Part shown: piece after piece, positions 10,237 to 21,658 of the stretch
How positions within the stretch are numbered: the first letter of the stretch is position 1
Layout: every line of letters begins with the position of its first letter
Virus record (IMG/VR): IMGVR_UViG_3300032007_000039
Reading direction: 5' to 3' (one strand)
Length of the DNA stretch: 64,000 nt
Source: an uncultured virus (IMG/VR IMGVR_UViG_3300032007_000039)
Taxonomy: Duplodnaviria; Heunggongvirae; Uroviricota; Caudoviricetes
The notes under the pieces: generated by a model
The model's input: the letters and a program-made list of their open reading frames with translations, nothing else
Told to the model about the DNA's origin: nothing
Database searches by the model: none
Position numbers and translations under genes: made by a program

Positions 10237-10923
10237 ATGTTTACTGTTACTAACATTCTCACGGTCGCTTTTAATCAGATTGCCAAAAATGGCTATATCA
10301 AAAAGACAGTCGTTGATGGGGAACGTTGGGTGCGCCGTTATGGTCGTAACACGCTCGTTCCGAATTATGTAGAGCAGGAGGGAAACACCTGCCGTGCTAC
10401 GTTGAATGCACTCAAAGCAGGTGATGTATCGTCTGATGAGACACTTGCGCAATCGTGCATTAGCACGTATCGTGCGTTTGTGGAGAAGAATCCAAATGAT
10501 TTTGGGGAGCGTATGCTTTCCCTGCTTGCCAAAAGCGAACTTGACGAAGCAGATGTAATGCAGGTAGCTTTTGTACCTGTATTCTACTTCAAACAGAAAA
10601 AGCACGATGAAGCCATTCGTGCTCGTGAAGAAGAACGCAAGGAATTCAACAATAGCCTTGCAGGTGGTTTCTTTGCAGAAGTAGGTGAGAAAATTAGTAC
10701 GTCCGTTACCCTTATCAAACAGGGTGGTTTTGATGGCGCGTATGGATACACACATATCTATACATTCCTTTCGGAAGATAAACACGTTCTCGTGTGGTTT
10801 AGCACGAAAGATATTGATGTAGAAGTCGGTCAAATTGTCAATATTTGTGGTACAGTCAAAGGTCACAAAGAGTATAATGGTACGAAGCAGACCATTATCA
10901 CTCGTTGCAAGGTTAGCGAATAA
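10237..10923 (+). CDS. protein with a C-terminal OB-fold nucleic-acid-binding domain
   Basis: GQIVNICGTVKGHKEYNGTKQTIITR motif. Confidence 0.75.
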   Translation: MFTVTNILTVAFNQIAKNGYIKKTVVDGERWVRRYGRNTLVPNYVEQEGNTCRATLNALKAGDVSSDETLAQSCISTYRAFVEKNPNDFGERMLSLLAKSELDEADVMQVAFVPVFYFKQKKHDEAIRAREEERKEFNNSLAGGFFAEVGEKISTSVTLIKQGGFDGAYGYTHIYTFLSEDKHVLVWFSTKDIDVEVGQIVNICGTVKGHKEYNGTKQTIITRCKVSE

Positions 10924-11370
10924 CCTTGCAAGAAGTTAGAGGGTTGAAAAAACCCTCTTTTTTTTTGTGTCTAAAATCGTTTCTAAGCGCGTTTAATTAG
11001 CAAGGGTATATAATCATACCTGTTTTGATTTTTAGACAGTCAGAAACGATTTTAGCGTGTGTGAGCGTGATATATAGCACGTAGTTTATCCACCATCAGA
11101 CACGATGGATTGATTCGATAAAAACATTATGTATATTTACATAAAACATTTTACAATTTGCATAAAACAGTTTTTTTGTAAAATGTTTTATTTACGATAA
11201 CTGCTACGGTTTGTAAAATGTTTTATCTATTCACACCTGCCAAAAAAATTTTCAATTTTTATAAAAAACCTATTGACAAAAGCCTGTAAAAGAGTATAAT
11301 AATAAGTGTCAAGGGGATAGAGAAACCCAAGACAAACGGTTCAAAGGTGATTGAAAGGATTGTGATTACA

Positions 11371-12078
11371 ATGGCACTCAAAAGATTTACCTATGAAAAT
11401 AAGGTTATGACGAAAATGCTCCATGAAGTTCTTACGGACGCGAAAAACGTCGGAATTGACTTTATCAAATTGGCGGAATTGCCAATTGATTTGAAGGTGT
11501 ATCGCTCTAGTTGCGGTCGCCGCGCTATCGCTATGGCATTTAAGACATTCGATAAAGAGTGTCACCGCAAGATGTTTAAAATCGTCTTTTCAGATGAATA
11601 TGCAAAGAAACTTACAGGCCAGCATGGTAAAACCGTTCTCATGCACGAATTGGTTCACACATTGCCAAAATGCTTTAATCACGGCATGGAATTTAAGGCA
11701 TGGGCAAGAAAAATCAATCGTCTCCTGCCAGGCTACAATGTTGATACTTCCTGCCGGGGGGAGGAATGGGAAGCGGTTTGTGAAATCATGGATGGGAAAC
11801 GAATTGATGAACCGCGAAAGGTTATCAAAAATGAGCCTGTAAAACCAATTGAGCGTAAATTCGATAATGGGATGAGAACCTTTATCGGTTCGATTACAAT
11901 GAAAAATGGTAAGGTTAAAGTCGTTGCGTTGAAAAACGCGCTTATCAAATGGATTGACGCAAAAGAATTTGAAAAAGCACGTCAAGCGAAAATGATTGCG
12001 CCTAGCGCGTTTGAGCAAGCTATGAATATGGCAGGTATGAAGAAACGTGCAAAAGCGTTTGCCAATTACAAAGGATAA
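11371..12078 (+). CDS. SprT-like zinc metalloprotease
   Basis: LMHELVH...NHGMEFK. Confidence 0.8.
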   Translation: MALKRFTYENKVMTKMLHEVLTDAKNVGIDFIKLAELPIDLKVYRSSCGRRAIAMAFKTFDKECHRKMFKIVFSDEYAKKLTGQHGKTVLMHELVHTLPKCFNHGMEFKAWARKINRLLPGYNVDTSCRGEEWEAVCEIMDGKRIDEPRKVIKNEPVKPIERKFDNGMRTFIGSITMKNGKVKVVALKNALIKWIDAKEFEKARQAKMIAPSAFEQAMNMAGMKKRAKAFANYKG

Positions 12079-12442
12079 TGACGAAAGGAAGGGAATAAAA
12101 TCCCTTCCTTTTTTGTTTTCTATACTATCAGAAATCATCTCTAGCAGGTGTTTATCTATGATTAGGTATTCTGATACCTGTTAGCATTTTGAAATGACAT
12201 ACAAACAAAATAGGATGTAATAATCATTGTTACAAAATTGTGCAAGATAAAACATTTTACATTTTATGATTATGGATTGAAAATTTGTAAAATGTTTTAT
12301 CTTTGATTGCATACGCATATAGTATACATTTTTAGAAAAAGTTTTTTCTTGTATACATATAAAAACTATTGACATTGATACTAAAAAGAGTATAATAGTA
12401 AGTGTCAAAGGGAAATGGTTCAAACAAATGGAGGTTTTAGAA

Positions 12443-12520
12443 ATGGAGTATGCAATCGGTTATATGGCATTTGCTATCGTTGTTTGTAGAACATGGAATG
12501 ACTTTGTGAATATATTCTAA
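12443..12520 (+). CDS. 25-aa hydrophobic peptide MEYAIGYMAFAIVVCRTWNDFVNIF
   Basis: own TTGACA/TATAAT promoter and GGAGG RBS; below ORF-track cutoff. Confidence 0.6.
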   Translation: MEYAIGYMAFAIVVCRTWNDFVNIF

Positions 12521-12686
12521 AATCCGTTCACAAAAAAATCACCAAGCGATAAAAAAGTGCTTGACATTCTTCTCAAAGCGAGTATAATATAAAGTGTAAG
12601 GAACAAGAGAAAATGGATGATGCAATTGTAATTCTCAACAACTATATAAGAACAAAAATTAGAAGAAAACTAAGGAAGGAAAAATT

Positions 12687-13088
12687 ATGTTTGAGCAAAG
12701 AAAAAATATTCGAGATTTTGTAAATCGACTTATAGAAGGTTTCCCAGAAAGCAAAAATCCTAAATGGAGATATATTTTATTCTTTAAAGATTCTATTAAT
12801 GGCTTTGCATTTTCAGCACCTTATCTTGACAAAAGAGAATGTCATGGACGAGTTATTCTTAACATCCCTCAAATATCGAATCTTTGTAAAGGAGACGGGA
12901 AAAGATTTGCTAGTTTTTTATTAATGAACTTGTACCATGAAACACAACACACATATCAATTTGATTATATGAAAGAAAACAAATTAGATATAAGAAATTG
13001 TTTACTAAAACATCAAGAAAAATTAGAAAAACAAGCTATTGAAGCTATGAATAATCTAAAATATGATTTTGATTTTTCATATCTTTAA
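12687..13088 (+). CDS. putative HExxH metallopeptidase-like protein
   Basis: LYHETQHTYQ...LEKQA. Confidence 0.65.
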   Translation: MFEQRKNIRDFVNRLIEGFPESKNPKWRYILFFKDSINGFAFSAPYLDKRECHGRVILNIPQISNLCKGDGKRFASFLLMNLYHETQHTYQFDYMKENKLDIRNCLLKHQEKLEKQAIEAMNNLKYDFDFSYL

Positions 13089-13378
13089 TTTGAGGGAAAA
13101 TGTTTACTGTAATAAGTACGGTTCTGCCAGAACAGATACATTAGGGGATGAGAAATCATCCCCTAATTTTATTGTCTAATTTTTATATAAGGTAATTTTA
13201 ATCTAGGTTGATTGACTTTAATTTATTTTTAATTATTGAAATGTTGTAAAATGTTTTATCTTAATTCATCAATAAAAATTTTTCAAAAAAATATACAAAA
13301 CATGTTGACAAATAATTTACATAGTGCTATACTATATTTGTAAGGTTGATAGAGATAAAATAAATGGAGGTAATCATT

Positions 13379-13612
13379 ATGGTACTGACAGAAAAAGATG
13401 TATGGGATATTTTAGAACATGGTCGAATTCGTAATATGCCCGAAAAGACGTTTATTGGAGGTCTTACTCAACCCGATGGACAATCGTTTCCGATTGATGT
13501 ATTAGACACAGGATGGGCAGGTTGCCGTTTTCATTTAGAAACTGAATTATTGAAAGCGTTAGGTGGTATTGAATTTTGGTTAGTTATTGATAAGGGAAAT
13601 TGGGAGGAGTGA
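13379..13612 (+). CDS. hypothetical protein
   Basis: cassette with promoter, GGAGG, terminator. Confidence 0.85.
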   Translation: MVLTEKDVWDILEHGRIRNMPEKTFIGGLTQPDGQSFPIDVLDTGWAGCRFHLETELLKALGGIEFWLVIDKGNWEE

Positions 13613-13926
13613 TTTAATCAGATGGGGAGTACTCCCCATCTTTTTTAATATAAAATATTAAAACATTTTACAATTTTTGTTCGGTATAATTTTTGTAAAA
13701 TGTTTTATGGCTTGACTATATGATTTTGTATATAAGATACATAAAAAAAGTATTGACAATGATAGCGCAGTATGTTATTATAAAGACAGTTAAGCGGTCA
13801 CAATCATTATTAAACACAAAAAATTTCAAAAAAAATAATAAAAAAATTCTTGACAAAATAACATATATATGATATACTAAAGTCAAGAAATGAGAGATAT
13901 GGTTCACAAGAAAGGAAGTAATTACA

Positions 13927-14220
13927 ATGAAATTCGCAGACGTTAAAGTTTACAACATGACCTCCCACAACACGGAACGTGAAGTTCCGAATCAGTTTAA
14001 AATCCATGCCAATGGTGGTGTATATTTTCAGAGTTACAATACGGTTATTGCTTTTGTAAAGGATAATCACGTATCAATCATTCGTGGTGGTCTTGACTAC
14101 TCTACGACTACAAACAAATGGTTGTATCAGTTCTTAGAGGAAGAAGCAGGGTTATGGCAATTGAATAAACGCAAGGTTTCCAAAATGATGGAAAGCGGTG
14201 AGATTGAAACTGTGGAGTAA
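13927..14220 (+). CDS. phage hypothetical protein (FQSY..IA...DYS.TT.K motif)
   Basis: cassette structure and motif. Confidence 0.85.
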   Translation: MKFADVKVYNMTSHNTEREVPNQFKIHANGGVYFQSYNTVIAFVKDNHVSIIRGGLDYSTTTNKWLYQFLEEEAGLWQLNKRKVSKMMESGEIETVE

Positions 14221-14450
14221 AATTCACATAGGGAGGGCGGAAGCCCTCTTTTTATTTGCCTTAAATTTTTTCTAATTAAATTTTAAGGTTGATTGACTAT
14301 TGTAATAAATTGATTTTTGTAAAATGTTTTATTCACTATACCTACTGAAAAATTTTTCAAAAAATATAAAAAAGTTCTTGACATACATAATATTATATGG
14401 TATACTGTTTACAGAGATAAGGAAATAGACAAATTCAGGAGGTAATTGAA

Positions 14451-14708
14451 ATGTACTACTACGTTAAAGAAGTTGCGTCTCGTGATGGGAAATTCAGAGG
14501 AAAAGAGGATATTAAAATCCGTAAATTCAAAACTTACGCAAGAGCGCAGATTGCATTTAACAAGAGCGCAAATGCTTTGCGTGAAATGATGGATAAAGCC
14601 CTTGCGAATGGCGCAGATTTTACGAAAGATGATAATAATGTAAGTCTGTTGATGTATTACAGTAACCGTTCGTATAGAAGGTTTGGCGTTACACTTTATA
14701 AGCATTAA
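14451..14708 (+). CDS. hypothetical protein, last plus-strand cassette before the convergence point
   Basis: promoter, AGGAGG, terminator. Confidence 0.85.
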   Translation: MYYYVKEVASRDGKFRGKEDIKIRKFKTYARAQIAFNKSANALREMMDKALANGADFTKDDNNVSLLMYYSNRSYRRFGVTLYKH

Positions 14709-14892
14709 AAAATACCTGCTAGAAACATAATCTAGCAGGTATTTTTTTTGTAATGTATTCTAATAAAGTTTTAATCTAGGTTGATTGACTATTGTAAAAT
14801 GTTTTATCAAATATCAAAATGTGAGCATAAAACATTTTACAGAAACACAAAAGTAAAAAAATACGTATGAATCATTCATACGTATTTGATAT

Positions 14893-15321
14893 TTACATAG
14901 CGTTTTCTGCCATAGCCCAATATAACTGATATTCAATATCATATTTACCTGCATTGTGAGTAATTTTCTTGCCTTTTAGATAATACGTTACATATACATT
15001 ATCATCAAATTTATAATGTACCATTTCCATTTTAACAGGGATACGATGGGAATAGTTATCCATAATGACCATAGTTCCAATATGCTTACATGGGATAATA
15101 TATCCTTTGTAAATCTCATGCTTACGTCCTGCCTTGTCTTTATACACCCTTACTTTAACCACATCATTCTCTAGTGCTAAGTACTGATTATTTACTGTAT
15201 CAGATACAAGCAGGTAATTTGTGTTACCATTGACGTATTGTGTTTGGTATGGTTTTATGTTTGCAAAGGCAATAGAAGAATAAAACAACAACATAAGCGT
15301 AAGCATAACAATCTTTTTCAT
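14893..15321 (-). CDS. exported hypothetical protein
   Basis: Sec-type signal peptide MKKIVMLTLMLLFYSSIAFA. Confidence 0.8.
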   Translation of the reverse strand: MKKIVMLTLMLLFYSSIAFANIKPYQTQYVNGNTNYLLVSDTVNNQYLALENDVVKVRVYKDKAGRKHEIYKGYIIPCKHIGTMVIMDNYSHRIPVKMEMVHYKFDDNVYVTYYLKGKKITHNAGKYDIEYQLYWAMAENAM

Positions 15322-15338
15322 TTTATAAAACCTCCATA

Positions 15339-15764
15339 TTAAACCGTTTTGATAAATGTATATTCTGTTACATTTACTTCTCCTTTAGGAATATCGTTCA
15401 ATTTCTCTAGCATAGCATTGTGCTTAATGCGTCTCTTGCTAGGATTTGTCAACGCTTCAATCTCTTTCATATTGCGCTTATCCCTGCTTGTAGGGAAAGA
15501 CACAATAAGTTCCCCCATTACATTAAATGTGATAGTTTCTTGACTTTTATCAAAGTCATAGCTTGTCACATTCGGACAATCAATCATACCATACCTAATT
15601 TCACCCTGCATGAGATATTTTGCCATATACTGATAATAGGTATCAGTAGGGTTATCTTCACGATGAGACAAAATGTAATTATGGATATTTTTTGTTACCG
15701 TTCCTTTTACATGAAAAAGGAAGTTTGTATTGTCTACATTTTTGAAAATATCGTCATTGTACAT
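15339..15764 (-). CDS. hypothetical protein
   Basis: promoter and AAAGGA RBS. Confidence 0.8.
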   Translation of the reverse strand: MYNDDIFKNVDNTNFLFHVKGTVTKNIHNYILSHREDNPTDTYYQYMAKYLMQGEIRYGMIDCPNVTSYDFDKSQETITFNVMGELIVSFPTSRDKRNMKEIEALTNPSKRRIKHNAMLEKLNDIPKGEVNVTEYTFIKTV

Positions 15765-15877
15765 TTTAATCTTTCCTTTCTGCTATTTATATATAAAGTA
15801 TACCATAAAAATGGATATTTGTCAATATAAATTATATAATAAAAGGCACGATGTTTTTACGCATCGTGCTTTTTTTG

Positions 15878-16063
15878 TTAATTCATTTCTTCCGCAGACC
15901 CTTCAATCACGGCAGGGTCATCTGATTCTGAAATATGAAAGTCTGAATTTGGAATTTCATCCAACTTATCCCATGCAATGGATTCTGCTTCTTCAGCACT
16001 TTCCGCTTCTATTTCCACAACTGCAAAGGCAGGAAGTTCAACGACAACATTATACTTTTTCAT
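15878..16063 (-). CDS. small acidic protein (VEIEAESAEEAESIA pattern)
   Basis: cassette; start trimmed to follow the RBS. Confidence 0.75.
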   Translation of the reverse strand: MKKYNVVVELPAFAVVEIEAESAEEAESIAWDKLDEIPNSDFHISESDDPAVIEGSAEEMN

Positions 16064-16387
16064 CCTAATCATGTCCTTTCTTTTGATGGGTTGTTTTTCA
16101 ATTTCTGTATTTATTATAGCGCACAATTCGCAATTTGTCAATAGGTTTTTTATATTTTTTGATAAATTTAACCGAATAAAATGTGATAAATATTCGTATA
16201 AAACATTTTACAAAAATTGTTTGTATGTGGATTGTAAAATGTTTTATTTTAATATGCAAATAAAAAGGACGGATATTCAATATCCGTCCCAAAGAGGATT
16301 ATTCGTCCTCGTCATCACCATCAAACAGAGTGTCCCAACATTCCGCGCCCGTCCCGCTAATAAGCACCTCGCGCTCGTCAGCACCGT

Positions 16388-16774
16388 TCATTCCCATTCG
16401 ATATATGCGACACTCCCGCGCTTTTTAAGCACGAGCTTTTCATCGTGTTCAATCGCTATGTAAATCGGATTTGAAGAAAATAAGTATGCGTCAGGAATCT
16501 TATCCGTTGGTTCTACGTCCTGAATCTTTAAGACAAGAAACTCGTCGTTTCCATTGTCTCGATTCGCATTCCTTGTATCGAAGCTGGCCTTGGTTATGGC
16601 GCAACGCTCATAACCATCTCCGCCGGAACGGATTTCTTCCACATCCATATCACAGAGAAAATTTTCGATGGCAGTTTCAACCTCGTCTTGCTTTCTCCAG
16701 TCTCCGCGCTGGAACGCTCCGAAGAGGTCTTTGTCGAATACGAATGTAAGTTTCTTCATGTCACTTGACAACAT
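16388..16774 (-). CDS. hypothetical protein, locally higher GC
   Basis: CAGGAGG RBS before ATG 16774. Confidence 0.75.
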   Translation of the reverse strand: MLSSDMKKLTFVFDKDLFGAFQRGDWRKQDEVETAIENFLCDMDVEEIRSGGDGYERCAITKASFDTRNANRDNGNDEFLVLKIQDVEPTDKIPDAYLFSSNPIYIAIEHDEKLVLKKRGSVAYIEWE

Positions 16775-17540
16775 AGTACATACCTCCTGTGAACTATCTC
16801 TTGTTCCCTTCGACACTTATATAATAGCATACTACGGAAAGTTTGTCAACACTTTTTTTATAAAAAATGCAAAAAAAATTTGCATCAACGTATGAAATTT
16901 GTCAGACATTTTACATCTAAAACCTTCAAAAAACATTCCTTTCTACTAAATTGAATGTTTTCTCTACCAATATATTATCAAATAATGTGTACCAATATTT
17001 TTTGTATCAAAAATGTCTGAAAATTGTTTATGCTATAAAAAGCCTTGCGATTATCATATCGCAAGGCTTCTCTTTATTCTAAATAAATATATATATATGA
17101 ATTACTTAGCCCATTGGAATCATGTCCCTTCTATATGGATTGAAACCTAGCTTTTCTTGAACCATCGTGGTTAACATTTCTAAATAACAATAATAATATA
17201 TATGTTCTCACTCGCTAGAGTTTATTCAGCTTTTTCTTCATTCTGCTCACTTCCTTTCCCCTTGGATTGATTATATTGTATCATAACTGAACTACTTTGT
17301 CAACAGTTTTTTAAATTTTTTTCTTTAAGGTATCAACATCATAAACAGTTCCGTTCAATTGTTTCATTTCCTTATCTCTGATTATATGATACCACACACA
17401 AAACAATTTGTCAACACTTTTTTATAAAAAATGCAATTTTTTTGACCATAAAACATTTTACAATTTATAAAAACAGAATTTTTGTAAAATGTTTTATTTT
17501 GTTTCAATAACAAAAAAAAGAGAGTTTCCCCTCTTTTTCA

Positions 17541-17876
17541 TTAAATACACCCACCACAAGAGCCATAAATCCAATCACAATCGCTAATTGCGTCATACAG
17601 TTCTTCATACTGTGAAGAATCAATAGGAAGTGATTTGACCCATTGATTCTTAGCCAACCATGCGTCAAATGGTAATCCCTGATGTACTGTTTCCCATACA
17701 TCTACCCAATCTTCAAAATGCCATTGTTGATAATCGTTCTCCGTATTCATAGGAGAACCCTGCAAGTCAACAGGGATACAGTCAGAAACATCATTACCAT
17801 TGATGGTAATGACCCAACGACCTGAACACAAGCAAGGATATGAGCCGGTCCATTCAACTTTGATTTCCTTTTTCAT
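17541..17876 (-). CDS. Cys-motif phage protein (YPCLCSG...SCGGCI)
   Basis: cassette structure. Confidence 0.85.
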   Translation of the reverse strand: MKKEIKVEWTGSYPCLCSGRWVITINGNDVSDCIPVDLQGSPMNTENDYQQWHFEDWVDVWETVHQGLPFDAWLAKNQWVKSLPIDSSQYEELYDAISDCDWIYGSCGGCI

Positions 17877-18229
17877 TATGTATCAGCCCTTTCAATTTGC
17901 TTAACCTTATGTATTAAATATAACACAGAATATACATTTTGTCAACATTTTTTTATTGACGAAATAAAAATTTTTGTATTTATAGCACTACGTTCAAAAC
18001 ATCATACGCATAAAACACATGGTCTAAATCACTTTATTTTTGTCTCTAAGGTGATTTAATTATAAAATAGGTATAGCTATATGCACTGATAAATAAAATC
18101 GCTTATACGCGAAATAGGAAGCAACTAAAGTAATTACACAACTTTCACAAAATTCATTTTGTAAAATGTTTTATATATGAATAATGATAAAGAGGTGAGA
18201 TTTTTATTCTCACCTCTTTATCATTTTCT

Positions 18230-18727
18230 TTAATCGTCAATATCAGGAATTTCTGATGTATCCTCTCCCATTTCGTCAAGTTCGTCAATCAAATCATCAT
18301 ATTCGCTTGACAGTTCATTAAGTTCATCGTTAAAATCGTCGAAAGAACTATAGTTTTCACGATTTTCCATGAGATAATCGTTATCAATATCGTCACCGAA
18401 TTGGTTAATCACATCCCACGCGCAACCGCTATGTGCGTTACCATATCCATCAAACCAAAAATACTCGTCACCTGTCCGAAAGTCATTTCCGATACGGTCA
18501 ACGATTTCCGTAGGCGAAAGACCTTCCATAAGTTCATCAAATGAACTCATGTATTCAGGATGTTCATAGGAATTGTCGTTACAATAATCAATGATAATTC
18601 CAATCTTGATGTCATCGTCAAGGTTATCGAAAACATCATTAATATTTTCGATTTTGTTCTGATACTCATTACGAATTTCTTCAAGGCGGTTCATGATTTC
18701 TTCTTTCGACATTTTAATCATCTCCAT
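18230..18727 (-). CDS. highly acidic protein with FWFDGYGN motif, candidate DNA mimic
   Basis: D/E-rich composition; function inferred. Confidence 0.75.
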   Translation of the reverse strand: MEMIKMSKEEIMNRLEEIRNEYQNKIENINDVFDNLDDDIKIGIIIDYCNDNSYEHPEYMSSFDELMEGLSPTEIVDRIGNDFRTGDEYFWFDGYGNAHSGCAWDVINQFGDDIDNDYLMENRENYSSFDDFNDELNELSSEYDDLIDELDEMGEDTSEIPDIDD

Positions 18728-18991
18728 TTAGTAAACCTTTTGTTTCTCTCTATGGTTATATAGTACCATATCTGATTTCGTTTGTCAAGAAGTTTTTTAT
18801 ATTTTTTTGATTTTGATTTTTGTACTTTTTTCTCTTGACACTTATATAGTATCATATATGTATAACTATGTCAAGATATTTTTTATATTTTTTTCTATAA
18901 TAAAACATTTTACAAAAATTATAATATATAAAATTGTAAAATGTTTTATCTCTATATATAGAAAAAAGCAGGGATTTCCCTGCTTTTTTTC

Positions 18992-19309
18992 TTATTCTCC
19001 CATTTGTTCCCAAATATCACGCTTTACCATTTCATCTTGAACTTCGGCATAGTTTATATCTTGTTCCAAATCACGCTCTGTTACGGGCTTATCATAATTA
19101 TAGCAGAACATTACACCTCTTTTCAAATAATGAATGTATTCGCTATGAATATTATAGCGAAACCAATAATCACCTTCACCTGTGAATTTACAGAAAACAT
19201 AATCCGCAAACACTTGACCATTATAACGGTCATAATGAATTTCAACTGCCGTAGCACCGAAAACCTTCATGCTATTCATCATTTCAACCGCTTTTTTTAA
19301 ACCCTTCAT
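18992..19309 (-). CDS. hypothetical protein
   Basis: cassette. Confidence 0.85.
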   Translation of the reverse strand: MKGLKKAVEMMNSMKVFGATAVEIHYDRYNGQVFADYVFCKFTGEGDYWFRYNIHSEYIHYLKRGVMFCYNYDKPVTERDLEQDINYAEVQDEMVKRDIWEQMGE

Positions 19310-19506
19310 TTTGAAAACCTCCTATTAACGAACCATTTCCTTAACTCTGATATTAGTATAGCATGTATTGATATATTTGTCAATAACTTTTTTATATTTT
19401 TTTTTGATAATAAAACATTTTACAAAAAACACATAAAACGCAATAATGTAAAATGTTTTATGATAATATATCAAAAAAAGAGGAATTTAATTATCCCTCC
19501 TGTTGG

Positions 19507-20055
19507 TTAATCCATATAAAACTCTTTACTACCGCAAGTGCAAGTGTAATTTTTTGCACCATTTCTCATAACCGCTTTGACAAATTTTGACATTTTATGA
19601 TAACGCCACGTAGCACCACACTTAGCACAATGGCAAACATAGGTTTTACGATTAACATTGGCTTTTACAACCTCTCTTACGCTATCATATGCTTCTTTTG
19701 ACGCATACGTGCCAATTTTTGTTCCGTAAATACGGTTTACCCTACGTGCCATTTCTTGAAACTTTGCGCCATGATGATTCATTTTACAATATGGCATAGC
19801 ATGAATTAGCTCATGTAAAAGAGTTTCCTTAATAGCTTCTTTGCTACCCTCTTTTACAAGGATATTAGAAATCTCAATGGTAGCCGTTTTCATTCTGTAG
19901 TTACAGGAACAAGTACCATATACCTTATATTTTCTTGCATTGAATTTAACAGAAATCGGATAAACAGAAAACCCATATTCAATCAATTCTTCTCTATATG
20001 CGTAAAGCATATCAACAATTTTCTGTTTTTGTTCATTCGCAATTTCCGTAACCAT
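19507..20055 (-). CDS. SprT-like zinc metalloprotease with C-terminal Zn ribbon
   Basis: LLHELIHA...HHGAKFQ...YVCHCAKC...CTCG. Confidence 0.85.
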   Translation of the reverse strand: MVTEIANEQKQKIVDMLYAYREELIEYGFSVYPISVKFNARKYKVYGTCSCNYRMKTATIEISNILVKEGSKEAIKETLLHELIHAMPYCKMNHHGAKFQEMARRVNRIYGTKIGTYASKEAYDSVREVVKANVNRKTYVCHCAKCGATWRYHKMSKFVKAVMRNGAKNYTCTCGSKEFYMD

Positions 20056-20254
20056 TTTTTGAAACCTCCTAAATTTGAACCATTTGTTTCTCTATGCTTA
20101 TATACTACCACAAATTGATAATTTTGTCAACAGTTTTTTTATAAGCAAATTTCGTGCTTAAAACATTTTACAAAAAAACGTATTGACGAATAAATGTAAA
20201 ATGTTTTATTTCGATATATCAAAAAGAGGAAGGGTAAAATCTCCCTCTTTTCTT

Positions 20255-20653
20255 TTATCCCATAGCGGGATTTTCCTTTTTGAACTCTCTATAGTTCAGA
20301 TGGAAAACATTTGAAACACTATCCACAAGCGTTTTGCGGATATTCACGAATAATGTTTCAATACGCAAGTGTTTTGCAAGGTGCTTGTAAATATAGCCAT
20401 TTTTCGTCTGCCAACGCATAACAAGACGAACGGCATCCTTGCCATTGTCACGCATTTTATTCGTGCGTTTATCCACCGCGCTATAGATTAAAATATCCAC
20501 AACGGGATTTTTTGTTTTCATTTTATAGACATATTCATACGTTTCTGTTTCTGGAACAAAATTCCCGATGTAGGCAAGATGATAAGCATCTGCCATTTTA
20601 CGCATGGTCTGTACAAACTGTGCTTTTGTGTATCGTGTGTATTTCGTAGTCAT
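20255..20653 (-). CDS. hypothetical protein
   Basis: CAGGAGG RBS before ATG 20653. Confidence 0.85.
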   Translation of the reverse strand: MTTKYTRYTKAQFVQTMRKMADAYHLAYIGNFVPETETYEYVYKMKTKNPVVDILIYSAVDKRTNKMRDNGKDAVRLVMRWQTKNGYIYKHLAKHLRIETLFVNIRKTLVDSVSNVFHLNYREFKKENPAMG

Positions 20654-20817
20654 GATGTATTTCCTCCTGTATTTCAAACCGTGTTTCTCTCTATGGTTAT
20701 ATATTACCATAGAACGGATATTTTGTCAATAGGTTTTTTATAAAAAATATCTTTTTATAAAACATTTTACAAATCCATACAAATAAAAAAAGCAGATACA
20801 TAAGCATTTGCCACAAA

Positions 20818-20979
20818 TCAAACCCAACGTTTAAGCTCACGCTTTACATCCCTCTCGCGCTTCTGAGCGCGCTTATCGGGAATAACCTTGCAAGCATACT
20901 GATTACTTGCAAGACTAGCAAGCGTAGAACTTGCATGGTGAACTTTATGGTGGGCATTTGCTTTTTCAATCTTCGTCAT
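20818..20979 (-). CDS. small basic protein
   Basis: GGAGG RBS before ATG 20979. Confidence 0.7.
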   Translation of the reverse strand: MTKIEKANAHHKVHHASSTLASLASNQYACKVIPDKRAQKRERDVKRELKRWV

Positions 20980-21189
20980 CTTAAATCTACCTCCAAAGTG
21001 TTTAACCTTTTGTTTTTCTCTATGGTTATATATTATCACATCTTACACGTATTGTCAAGTATTTTTTTATACTTTTGTTGATAATAAAACATTTTACAAA
21101 TTTGTGTAAATTGATTTTTGTAAAATGTTTTATGTTTAGTATATCAAAAAGAGGTGGAATATTCCACCTCTTCGTTAGAAATATTGTAA

Positions 21190-21633
21190 TTACTGATAAA
21201 GTTTGTACACACATGTTTCATCCATAATTTTCATAAGCTCATGGAAATTACCGTCAATCTCGTCAAATTCTGAGATAACTTCCTGCATACCACAGGAATG
21301 ACCTCTGTCGTATGCAATAGAGAAAAGGTGGTCAAAAATCTTACGTCCGTTAGGAAAATCCTTGGCATAAGATTGCTGATATACCTTTTCACAAAGTTCG
21401 GCTTCGATGAGATTCAGTTCCTCACGCTCCTTCTTTTGCAGTTCTTTATACTCTGCTTTAAGCTGTTCCGAATATTTTTCTTTTCTTTCGGTAAGCTCTT
21501 TGATTGTTCCCGTTTGGGTTTCATCAAATTCTTTTAGCTTTTTATCAGAAAAATTTCGAAAAGAACTGGGATATTTCCAATGGATTTGATTATAAGACTC
21601 TTCGTATTTTTTTACTTCTTCAAACATATTCAT
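21190..21633 (-). CDS. hypothetical protein
   Basis: GGAGG RBS. Confidence 0.85.
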   Translation of the reverse strand: MNMFEEVKKYEESYNQIHWKYPSSFRNFSDKKLKEFDETQTGTIKELTERKEKYSEQLKAEYKELQKKEREELNLIEAELCEKVYQQSYAKDFPNGRKIFDHLFSIAYDRGHSCGMQEVISEFDEIDGNFHELMKIMDETCVYKLYQ

Positions 21634-21658
21634 GTTTCATTACCTCCATTCAAAACAA

